Source of the DNA: Chiloscyllium plagiosum
Lineage: Eukaryota
Assembly (NCBI RefSeq): GCF_004010195.1
Contig: NC_057753.1
Location: 10,185,358-10,223,514, forward strand
Reading direction: 5' to 3'
Length of the DNA: 38,157 bases
Shown here: positions 11,370-20,309 of the stretch, piece after piece
How positions within the stretch are numbered: the first letter of the stretch is position 1
Layout: each line of letters begins with the position of its first letter
Program-made: the position numbers and the translations under genes
Notes under the pieces: model-generated
What the model was told of the DNA's origin: nothing
What the model saw: only the letters and a program-made list of their open reading frames with translations
Database searches by the model: none

Positions 11370-12158
11370 GATATCAAGAGGAAGACATGCAGAAAGAAAT
11401 CTGAAACCAAGTGTAATATCAACTTCTGACAGAGCCACTTGACTTATTGGAACTTGAACATCAGCAGCCATTTAAATCAAGAAGCAATGTTTGTTTCTGT
11501 GTGCTCCAGAGATTTTGGACACTGGTGTGACAGGAAGAACATTGCGGAATAGATACCCAAGTAAGGGAGATTCAGGGCACTGACTGAAAAGCACTTGACC
11601 GAATTACTCAGCTTGGGGGATCAAAATCACACCACCAGAAACTGTGAACCTGCTCTGTTTGCAATTGCAGCTGGCCGGCAAACCCAGAGCAACACCAGGA
11701 GAACCCAAGCTCAAAAATGAAAAAAACAACTATGGAAACGTGGGGACACTAGGAAAAGATTCCCTTCGCTTTCGGCACTTAAAACCCACAGACGCTTTCA
11801 CAACGGGGAGAGGCTGTTCATCTGCTCTGTGTGCGTGTAGAGATTCATTGATTCTTCCACCCAACTGACGCACCAGGGGGTTCATACCAGAGAGAGGCTG
11901 TTCACTTGCCCCGAGTGCGGGAAAGGCTTCAGTCAGATGTGCAACCTGTGAATACTCCAGCGGGTCCACTCGGGGAAAGAGGGCATTCACAGCCCTGCAT
12001 ACGGGAAATGGTTTGCTCAGTTAGCTGCCCTGCTGATCCACCAACAGGTCCAAACTAAGGACTGACCATTCACTTGCTTTCAGTGTGGGAAAGGATTCAT
12101 TGACTCCTCCTACCTGCGCAAGCACTGGTGAGTTCATGTGCCATCACAGAGGGATTGA
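11370..12158 (+). pseudogene. Highly decayed C2H2 zinc-finger pseudogene, copy 2 (divergent subfamily, about 5 fingers)
   Basis: Acceptor TTTTTCTGCAG/G at 11369. Relic coding sequence from about 11717 includes [30 protein letters not shown] and VHVPSQRD-stop at 12158, with many stops and frameshifts. Confidence 0.8.
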
Positions 12159-12164
12159 AGTAGC

Positions 12165-12379
12165 GACAGTCTCGTGCTATTATTGACTGGACGATTAACC
12201 CAGTTCTGGGCACTCCCAGGTTCGAATCCCCGCCGTGGCAGCTGGTGAAATTTTAATCCAGTCAGAGGGCTGAAGCTTAGAATCTAACCATGAAATCATT
12301 TTCGGGGGAAGACCATCCGATTCACTAATGTCTTTTATAGGGAAGGTAAATGTCATCCTTTACCTGGTCTGCCCCACAT
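12165..12379 (+). mobile_element. Second tRNA-derived SINE family, 5' half; 3' half at about 15146-15240
   Basis: B box GGTTCGAATCC 12219-12229. Body ends CCTTTACCTGGTCTGCCCCACAT and resumes TGTGACTCCAGACC..GGGCAATAAATGCTG after the CR1. Confidence 0.7.
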
Positions 12380-12384
12380 ATTTG

Positions 12385-15134
12385 AGCTTCAGATTGATAT
12401 GACAGGTCGGCACAACACCGAGGGCCGAAGGCCCTGTACTGCGCTGTAATAGACAATAGGTGCAGGAGTAGGCCATTCTGCCCTTCGAGCCAGCACCACC
12501 ATTCATTTTGATTATGGCTGTTTCTGCCTTATCCCCATAACCCCTGATTCCACTATCCTTAAGAGCGCTATCCAACTCTTTCTTGCAAGTATCCACAGCC
12601 TTCTGGGGCAGAGCATTCCATACACCCACCACTCTCTGGGTGAAGAAGTTTCTCCTCAACTCTGTTCTAAGTGGCCTACCCTTTATTTTTAAACTGTGTT
12701 CTCTGGTTCAGGACTCACCCATCAGCAGAAACATCCGTCCACTCACCGAGCCTGTCCAGGTCACCCTGTATTCTCCTAACATCCTCCTCACATTTCACCC
12801 TGCCACCAGCTTTGTGTCATCAGCAAATTTGCTAATATTACTTTTAATACCCTCATCCAAACCATTAATGTACATTGTAAAAAGCTGCGGTCCCAGCACT
12901 GATCCCTGCTGCACACCACTTGTCACCACCTGCCATTCGAAAAGGGAGCTGTTTGTCACTACTCTGTTTCCTGTCAGCCAACCAATTTTCAATCCATGTC
13001 AGTATTTTGCCCTTAATACCATGTGCTCTAATTTTGCTCACTAACCTCCTACGTGGGACTTTATCAAAGGCTTTCTGAAAGTCCAGGTATACTACATCCA
13101 CTGGATCTCCCTTGTCCATCTTCAGAGTTACATCCTCAAAAAAGTCCAGATTAGTCAAGCATGATTTCCCCTTCATAAATGCATGCTGACTCTGACCTAT
13201 CCTGTTACTACTATCCAGATGTGTTGTAATTTCGTCCTTTATAATGGACTCCAGCATTTTTCCCACCACTGAGGTCAGACTAACTGGTCTATAATTCTCT
13301 GTTTTCTCTCTCCCTCCTTTCTTAAAAAGTGGGACAACATTAGCCACTCTCCAATCCACAGGAACTGATCCTGAATCTATAGAACATTGGTAAATGATCA
13401 CCAATGCATCCACAATTTCTAGAGCCACCTCCTTCAGTACCCTGGGATGTAGACCATCAGGTCCTGTGGACTTATCAGCCTTCAGACCCAACAGTCTCTC
13501 CAACACCATTTCCTGCCTAATATAAATTCCCTTCGGTTCAGGTCCTTCAGCCACTATTACATCTGGGAGATTGCTTGTGAACTCCCCAGTGAAAACAGAT
13601 CTAAAGTCCCAACTCAACTCTTCTGCCATTTCTTTGTTCCTTGTAATAAATTCACCCGTTTCAGTTTTCAAGGGCCCAATTTTAGTCTTAACCATTTTTT
13701 TTCTTTTCACATACCTAAAAAAGCCTTTGCTATCCTCCTTTATATTTTTGGCCAGTTTACCTTCGTACCTTATTTTTTCTTTGCGTATTTCCTTTTTTGT
13801 TATCCTCTGTTGTTCTTTAAATGCTTCCCAATCCGCCGATTTCCCACTCATCTTTGCTATGTGATACGTTTTCCCTTTTGTCTTTATATGGTCCTTAACT
13901 TCCCTCATCAGAGCCACAGCCACCCCTGCCTCCCCTTAGGATCTTTCTTCCTTTTTGGAATGAACTGATCCTGCATTTTCTCCATTATACCCAGAAATAC
14001 CTGCCATTGTTGCCATCCCTGCTAGGATATCACACCATTGAACTTTGGCCAGCTCCTCCCTCGTAGCTCCATAGTTCCCCTTATTCAACTGAAATATTGT
14101 CACTTCCAATTCTACCCTCTCCCTTTCAAACTGCAGATTAAAGCTTATTGTATTGTGGTCACTACCTCCTAATGGCTCCTTTACTTTGAGGTCCCTGATC
14201 AAATCCAGTTCGTTGCACAACACCAGATCCAGAATTGCTTTCTCCCTGGTAGGCTCCAGCACCAGCTGTTTTAAGAATCCATCTCGGAGGCACTCCACAA
14301 ACTCCTTTTCTTCGGGTTCTGTACCATCCTGATTCTCCCAGTCTACCTGCATGTTGAAATCCCCCACAACTACTGTAGTAATATCTTTGCAACAGGCCAA
14401 TTTCAGCTCCTTATTCAACTTACACACTACATCCAGGCTACTGTTTAGCAGCCTGTAGATAACTCCCATTAGGGTCTTTCTACCCTTAGAATTTCTCAGC
14501 TCTATCCATATTGACTCTACGTCCCCTGATTCTAGGTCCCCCTGCACAAGGGACTGAATATCATTCCTTACCAACAGGGCCACACCACTCCCTCTGCCAG
14601 TCAGTCTGTCCTTACGATAGCACGTATAGCCTTGAATACTCATTTCCCAGGATAACCCCACAACATCGTAACTGCCAATTTCCAAATGAGCTTCAAGCTC
14701 ATCCACCTTATTTCTAATGCTTCGTGCATTCATATGCAATATTTTTAATTTGTTACTCCCCTCACCCTTCCTATCAATCCCTATTTCACTTGACCTTACG
14801 GCATGATCCTTTTTTGAGTTTTCTGCTCCACTGATTCCTTTGTCTTTCTTGACTTTTCTTGTTCTACCTTCCCCTTAACTTCGTTCTTAAACTTCCAGTT
14901 TGTCCCCTCCCCCGCTATTTAGTTTAAACGCAGCTGGGTTGCAGTGGCAAACCTACCTGAAGGTAGGCAGAATAGACCTACTTAAATAACCTTCCCAACA
15001 GCCTCTGCGCTCCGACGTCACTTCCGCCCAGCTCCCGCCGCTCTCTGCTGCAAGGTAAATATCGCTCACCCACCTTCCCAACAGCCTCTGCGCTCCGACG
15101 TCACTTCCGCCCAGCTCCCGCCGCTCTCTGCTGC
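12385..15134 (-). mobile_element. CR1-clade LINE with 5' UTR monomers, EN and RT; lacks most of ORF1 and the C-terminal part of ORF2
   Basis: EN MNARSIRNK..VVVGDFN..SDHN (13936-14739). RT DKSTGPDGLHP, NYRPVSLTS, KSCLTNL, YLDFQKAFDKV (12865-13923) and QGSVLGP..FADDTKL (12795-12992). Tail at about 12450-12730. Confidence 0.92.
14989..15134. repeat. Identical 63-bp direct repeat (period 83) at the CR1 5' end containing an ETS-CRE motif
   Basis: ACCTTCCCAACAGCCTCTGCGCTCCGACGTCACTTCCGCCCAGCTCCCGCCGCTCTCTGCTGC at 14989-15051 and 15072-15134. Confidence 0.9.
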
Positions 15135-15354
15135 TGTCATGTTCTGTGACTCCAGACCGCGGCGGTGAGTTTGACTCTTGACAGTCCCCTCTCCCGCCGG
15201 GCAATAAATGCTGCTCTAACCAGTGACGCCCTAATCCCACAGAGTCATGGGGTTGTACAGCACTGAAACAGATCCTTCGGTCCAACTCGTCCGTACTGAC
15301 CAGAACTCCTAACCCAATTAGCTAAGATTTGGCCGCGTAAAATCTCCAAGGGGC

Positions 15355-15650
15355 TTACTACGCATGCTCCTCGGTGTCAGCAAGCACTGCGCATGTTCAT
15401 TAGTGTTGGCAACTTAGCGCGCATGCGTATCTCTCGACGCGAAAGCGCCGCGCGACTTTCTTTTGATGGACCAATGGAGAATCCTGGAGGACCGGAAGGA
15501 GTCTGGTCCTCCTGCCAATTAGAGCCCCGCTATTGTCTAAATGCGGAAGTTGGACCATGAGGTTCTGCACTTGTTACTGTTGTACCTCTCTCTCCGAATG
15601 AAGATTGAGCTTTACCCCAGACTGCAACTTCCTTCCTCTATCCAACATTT
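15355..15650 (+). promoter_or_regulatory. Promoter and non-coding exon 1 of intact ZNF copy 3
   Basis: CpG-rich. Three NRF1-like CGCATG sites (best GCGCGCATGCGT 15417-15428), CCAAT at 15471 and 15515, ETS CCGGAAG 15492 and GCGGAAGT 15543, donor CATTT/GTGAGT at 15651. Confidence 0.72.
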
Positions 15651-15910
15651 GTGAGTACAGCACACTCTTTTCTCACCCCTTTTTCATTCTGGGCTTTAGT
15701 TGTTTATTTGCAGCAACTGCATGGAAAGGTAGTGAATCCAGGGAGGGGACAGACTCTGGAAAATTTGGTACAGGTCAGTGTCTCAATCGGCAAACACGTG
15801 CCAAATGCAGCACCACAATGAGATGGTTTGTGTGAATGAATACCCTTTGCTGTGGAAAAAAAAGCAGAAAGGCTTTTTTAATTAATTTAAATAGTGTTAT
15901 ATTGTCATGT

Positions 15911-16045
15911 GGAGAAAGTGGGAACTGCAAATACTGGAGATCAGAGCAGAAAAATGTGACGCTGCATTGCACAGTTGGTCAGGCAGCATCCGAGGAGCAG
16001 GAGAAACGACATTTCAGGCATAAGCAAGCCCTTCTTCATTCCAGG
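15911..16045 (-). mobile_element. Penelope pLTR fragment (family A) in intron 1 of ZNF copy 3, antisense to the host gene
   Basis: GGAGAAAGTGGGAACTGC..GGTCAGGCAGCATCCGAGGAGCAGGAG..AGCCCTTCTTCA, with the same flank as 8895-9024. Confidence 0.75.
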
Positions 16046-16632
16046 ATATAAATGCTATAGGAAGGATAGAAAGTGAAGGAAGAGAGGAGGGGGAATTGCA
16101 TTTTTGATAAGGTATAGTATTCCTGCTGTACTCTGGAAAGATATTCCTGAGTACATTCAGGAAGGTGATTTGTGTGGAACTGAGAGATAAGAAAGGGATG
16201 ATCACCTTATTGAGATTGTATTATAGACCATGTAATAGTCAGCAGGAACTGACGAACAAATTTGTAAAGAGATTTCAGTTATCTGCAAGAATTATAGGGT
16301 GGCTATGGTAGGGGATTTTAACTCTTTAAACATAGACTGGGAGTGCAATTGTGTAAAGGGTTTAGGTGGAGAGGGTATTGTTACAAAGGGACTTAAGGGG
16401 CAACTTTTTCATGCAGAAGGTGGTGCATGCACGGAAAGAGATGGCAGAGGAAGTGGTGGATGCTGATCCAATTATGACATTTAAAAGACATCTGGATGGA
16501 TCTGTGAATAGGAAGGGTGATAGGGATGTGGGCCCAATGCTGACCAAATGGGATTAGATTAGGTTAGATATCTGGGCGGCATGGACAAGTAGGACCGAAG
16601 GGGCTGTTTCTGTGCTGTATACTCTATAACTC
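16046..16632 (+). mobile_element. CR1 EN fragment joined to a CR1 3' tail
   Basis: Similar to 5400-5750 (VELRDKKG..YYRP..VGDFN), then DLRGNFFMQKVV and tail CTGTATACTCTATAACTCT. Confidence 0.8.
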
Positions 16633-16830
16633 TGGCTTGCCACTAACATTTGCCATGTGTGTTTATATTTAGTTTCTCTCTGGTTGTCGGTGTCAATATT
16701 TTGAGGTCTCATTTCAACTATCCCTCCCCATCCCCGGTCCAACCTCCCTATCCCAGATTGACAGCTATGACTTTTGTAATCTCTTTTTAGAGTATTTGAA
16801 CATCTGAAGACGGAAGTTTCAAAATAAACA

Positions 16831-16950
16831 GATGAAGGGCTTATGCCTGAAACGTTGACTCTCATGCTCCTTGGATGCTGCGTGACCCGCTGAGCTTTTC
16901 CAGTGCCACACTCTCGAATCTGACTCTCCAGCATCTGCAGTCCTCACTTT
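16831..16950 (+). mobile_element. Penelope pLTR fragment in the predicted 5' UTR of ZNF copy 3 (disarmed hammerhead)
   Basis: GATGAAGGGCTTATGCCTGAAACGTTG...TCCAGCATCTGCAGTCCTCACTTT, 40 nt after the acceptor CTCTTTTTAG at 16790. Confidence 0.82.
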
Positions 16951-17196
16951 CACATCAATGTCTGACAGTCACTCAATGCATCGGGATTGCAACAAGTTTC
17001 GACTGTGATTCTGTGAGAAGGAGCAAAGCTTTTTTTTTTCTTTTTTCAGTCCATTTTTGGCATTTATGGGACTGGATGAGAGACCCTCCTGTTGCAGCGC
17101 ACTGAGTGTGGAGTCTGAAACAGTTATACGGCTTGGGAAGAGGAATCACAGTGGTGAAGGGGCTGTACACGTTTGTGTACAGCTGAAGCTTTGGCC

Positions 17197-17868
17197 ATGG
17201 AGAAACGTGAGAAATCCCGCCCCGTGGAGAAACCGTGGAAGTGTGGCGACTGCGGGAAAGGCTTCCGTGTCCCGTCTGCCCTGGAGACTCATCGGCGCAG
17301 TCACACTGGAGAGAGACCCTTCAGCTGCGCGGAGTGCGGGAATGGCTTCACCCGCTTCTGCAACCTACTGGTCCACTGGCGGGTCCACACTGGGGAGAGG
17401 CCATTCAGCTGCCCTGAGTGTGGGAAGAGGTTCACTAGCTCCTCCCACCTGCTGGCCCACCAGCGGATCCACACAGGTGAGAGGCCCTTCCCCTGCCCCG
17501 AGTGCGGGAAGGCCTTCAGCGAATCCTCCACCCTCATAAAGCACCGGCGGGTCCACACAGGGGAGAGGCCCTTCAGCTGCCCTGAGTGTGAGAAGGCCTT
17601 CAGCTATTCCTCTGACCTACTGGCCCACCGGCGGATTCACACGGGCGAGAGGCCCTTCAGCTGCCCCGAGTGCGGGAAAGGCTTTACCCAGTCCTCTGCC
17701 CTGCTGGGACACCGGCGTGTCCACACTGGGGAGAGGCCGTTCGCCTGCCTTGAGTGCGGGCGGAGGTTCACGGTGTCCTGCAACTTGCGGAAGCACCAGC
17801 GGGGGCACCAGCGTTCTCAACAATTGGATTCTGCTGGTGACGCTGCTGTGGATCACCCCCAGGACTGA
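17197..17868 (+). CDS. Intact tandem C2H2 zinc-finger protein, 223 aa, 7 fingers, no effector domain
   Basis: Kozak GCCATGG. Seven CxxC..HxxxH units with all zinc ligands intact, joined by TGERP linkers; ends DHPQD-stop. Predicted exon 1, intron and acceptor lie upstream. Confidence 0.9.
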   Translation: MEKREKSRPVEKPWKCGDCGKGFRVPSALETHRRSHTGERPFSCAECGNGFTRFCNLLVHWRVHTGERPFSCPECGKRFTSSSHLLAHQRIHTGERPFPCPECGKAFSESSTLIKHRRVHTGERPFSCPECEKAFSYSSDLLAHRRIHTGERPFSCPECGKGFTQSSALLGHRRVHTGERPFACLECGRRFTVSCNLRKHQRGHQRSQQLDSAGDAAVDHPQD

Positions 17869-17937
17869 ACCTCCTGCCTGCTCTGACAGTGGGCGCCGTG
17901 GTAAAGTTGGTGGGCTTTTTCTTTGTGCTGGACTGCA

Positions 17938-18121
17938 CAAAGGGTGGTGCATATATAGAATGAGCTGCCAGAGGAAGTGGTGAAGGTTGGTAAAATTACA
18001 ATATTTAAAAGGCATCTGGGTGGGGACATGAATGGAAAGGGTTTAGAGGGTATGGGCTGAGTGCTAGAAAATTAGTATAGATTAATTTAGGATATCTGGT
18101 TAGCATGGATGGGTTGGACCG
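17938..18121 (+). mobile_element. CR1/HER1 3' tail fragment
   Basis: GAATGAGCTGCCAGAGGAAGTGG..ATTTAAAAGGCATCTGG..GGTTGGACCG. Confidence 0.75.
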
Positions 18122-18262
18122 TTGAGTCCAAGTAACTTTGAAAAGTTCAATCTTGTTGAGCTCACGTCCTGAAAGATTTCAAATGCTTCCCTCCAAGTGA
18201 TACTGTTTAAATATGCTGAGTTAAACAAAGTATATCATCGAGTTCGACACAAACCCAGAGTT

Positions 18263-18472
18263 GAAGATGTCAGAAGTCACATGCCACCAGGTTACAGTCC
18301 ACAGTTTAGTTGAAATCCCAAGCTTAAGGAGCATTGTTCCTTCATCACTTCACCTGAGGAAGGAGCAGCGCTCTGAAAGCTCGTGAGTTCAAATAGACCT
18401 GTTGGACTCTCACCTGGTGCCGTGTGACTTCTGACCTTGATCCAGCCCGATCCAACACCAACACCTCTGCAT
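18263..18472. mobile_element. Penelope pLTR-derived hairpin (family B variant)
   Basis: Arms GTCAGAAGTCACA..CACCAGG..AGTCC / GGACT..CCTGGTG..TGTGACTTCTGAC. Candidate 7-bp TSD CAGAGTT at 18256-18262 and 18473-18479. Confidence 0.78.
18350..18386 (+). ncRNA. Minimal type I hammerhead ribozyme motif
   Basis: UCAC-CUGAGGA-A-GGAGC-AGC-GCUCU-GAAA-G-CUC-GUGA: 4-bp stem I, 5-bp stem II, AGCU palindromic stem III, CUC triplet. Confidence 0.68.
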
Positions 18473-18479
18473 CAGAGTT

Positions 18480-19110
18480 ATAGAGTTATAGAGTCATAGA
18501 GATGTACAGCATGGAAACAGACCCTTTGGTCCAACCCGTCCATGCCGACCAGACATCCCAACCCAATCTAGTCCCACCTGCCAGCACCCGGCCCATATCC
18601 CTCCAAACCCTTCCTATTCATATACCCATCCAAATGCCTCTTAAATGTTGCAATTGTATCAGCCTCCTCCACATCCTCTGGCAGCTCATTCCATACACGT
18701 ACCACCCTCTGCTTGAAAACGTTGCCCCTTAGGTCTCTTTTATATCTTTCCCCTCTCACACTAAACCTATGCCCTCTAGTTCTGGACTCCCTGACTTTGC
18801 CCATTTATCCTATCCATGCCCCTCATAATTTTGTCAACCTCTATAAGATTACCCCTCAGCCTCCGACACTCCAGGGAAAACAGCCCCAGCCTGTTCAGCC
18901 TCTCCCTGTAGCTCAAATCCTCCAACCCTGGCAACATCCTTGTAAATCTTTTCTGAACCCTTTCGAGTTTCACAACATCTTTCTGATAGGAAGGAGAGTA
19001 GAATTGCATGCAATATTCTAACAGTGGCCTAACCAATGTCCTGTACAGCTGCAAAATGACCTCCCAACTCTTGTACTTAGTACTCTGACCAATAAAGGAA
19101 AGTATATGGA
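18480..19110 (-). mobile_element. Young CR1/HER1 3' fragment
   Basis: LYRTLVRPLLEYC..KLERVQKRFTRMLPGL and tail. The tail is near-identical to 29789-30118 and 37972-38157. Confidence 0.88.
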
Positions 19111-19794
19111 TATTTTTCAGCATGATTTAGTGAGATGCTCACCTGGAAACTCAAAACTGTCGGAGCAACAAAGAGACGCGGGTCATAGAGTCCTACGGTG
19201 TGGAGACAGGCCCTTTGACCCAAACCGGTCCATGCCGACCAAAACATCCATCAACACTAACCCCATTTCCCTGCACTTGGCCCGTATCCTACTAAACCTT
19301 TCCTCTCCATGTATTTGTCCAAAAGCCTTTTAAATGTTGTTAATGTACCTGCCTCAATGTACTGGCAGCTCATTCCATACGAATACCATACACGGTGTTT
19401 AAAAAAAGTTACCCCTCATGTTCCCTGTTATTCTTTCCACTCTAACCTTAAACTGATGTCCTCTCGTCCTCAATTCCCCAACTCCAGGAAAAAGACTGAG
19501 TGCACACACACTATCCATGCCTCTCATGATCTTGGATACTTCTGTAAGGTCCCCCTCAGTCCCGTATGCTCTATAGAAAAGTCCTAACTTGTCGAACCTC
19601 TCCCTATAACTCAGACCCTTGAGTCCTGGCAATATGCTTGTAAATTTCTTCTGCACTCTTTCCAATTTAATACCATCCCTGTTATAGCAAGGTGACCAAA
19701 ACTGAACACAATACTCCACGTGTGGCCTCACCAACGTCCTTGAAACTGCAACGTAACTTCCCGACTGTTATACTCAGTGCCCTGACTGATGAAG

Positions 19795-20015
19795 CTGAAA
19801 ATGTGTTGCTGGAACAGCGCAGCAGGTCAGGCAGCATCAAGGGAACAGGAGAATCGACGTTTCGGGCATAAGCCCTTGTTCAGGATTCCTGAAGAAGGGC
19901 TTATGCCCGAAACGTCGAATCTCCTGTTCTCTGGATGCTGCCTGACCTGCTGCACTGTTCCAGCAACACATTTTCAGCTCTGATCTCCAGCATCTGCAGA
20001 CCTCACTTTCTCCCC
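19795..20015. mobile_element. Penelope pLTR-derived palindromic insertion (family A) with back-to-back hammerhead motifs
   Basis: Arms of about 93 bp centred near 19886, plus a 3' tail ending CCTCACTTTCTCC. 16-bp TSD GCCCTGACTGATGAAG at 19779-19794 and 20016-20031. Confidence 0.9.
19884..19921 (+). ncRNA. Minimal type I hammerhead ribozyme motif, best-preserved copy
   Basis: GAUUC-CUGAAGA-A-GGGC-UUAU-GCCC-GAAA-C-GUC-GAAUC: 5-bp stem I, perfect stem II, ACGU stem III, GUC triplet at 19914-19916. Confidence 0.78.
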
Positions 20016-20309
20016 GCCCTGACTGATGAAGGCCAGTGTGCCAAAAGCTGCCTTCACTGTCCTGTCTACCTATGTTGTCAGAAATATAGGACTTACTCCA
20101 AACTGGATCCACAATCCAGCTGATGGGACAGGAAACTGCTTCCTTTCTTGAGATTAGTCTCCCAGAGAGAGTTTGCTGGCTGACTGTCTGATGTACTGAA
20201 CCTCACAGTCCCCACTGTCCTTAGTTATCTGGAAGGGGTCCACACACATGTGCCTAAGGTGGAAGCCTTTATCATCTCTTTGGGATTGATCCCCATTCAT
20301 TTGATGCTA

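Larger units (their letters stand above)
19182..20072 (-). mobile_element. CR1 3' fragment interrupted by a hairpin element
   Basis: LVRPHVEYCVQFWSP..KLERVQKKFT (19399-19734). Confidence 0.85.

Noticed and set aside
17230..17820. 84-bp periodic repeats that could resemble a CRISPR array
   Set aside because: They are in-frame C2H2 finger/linker units. The context is eukaryotic, with no cas genes or unique spacers.
19779..19794. CTGATGAAG in the TSD (repeated at 20016-20031) looks like a hammerhead core
   Set aside because: It is CR1 target sequence with no stem II or GAAA in register. The match may be chance or microhomology.
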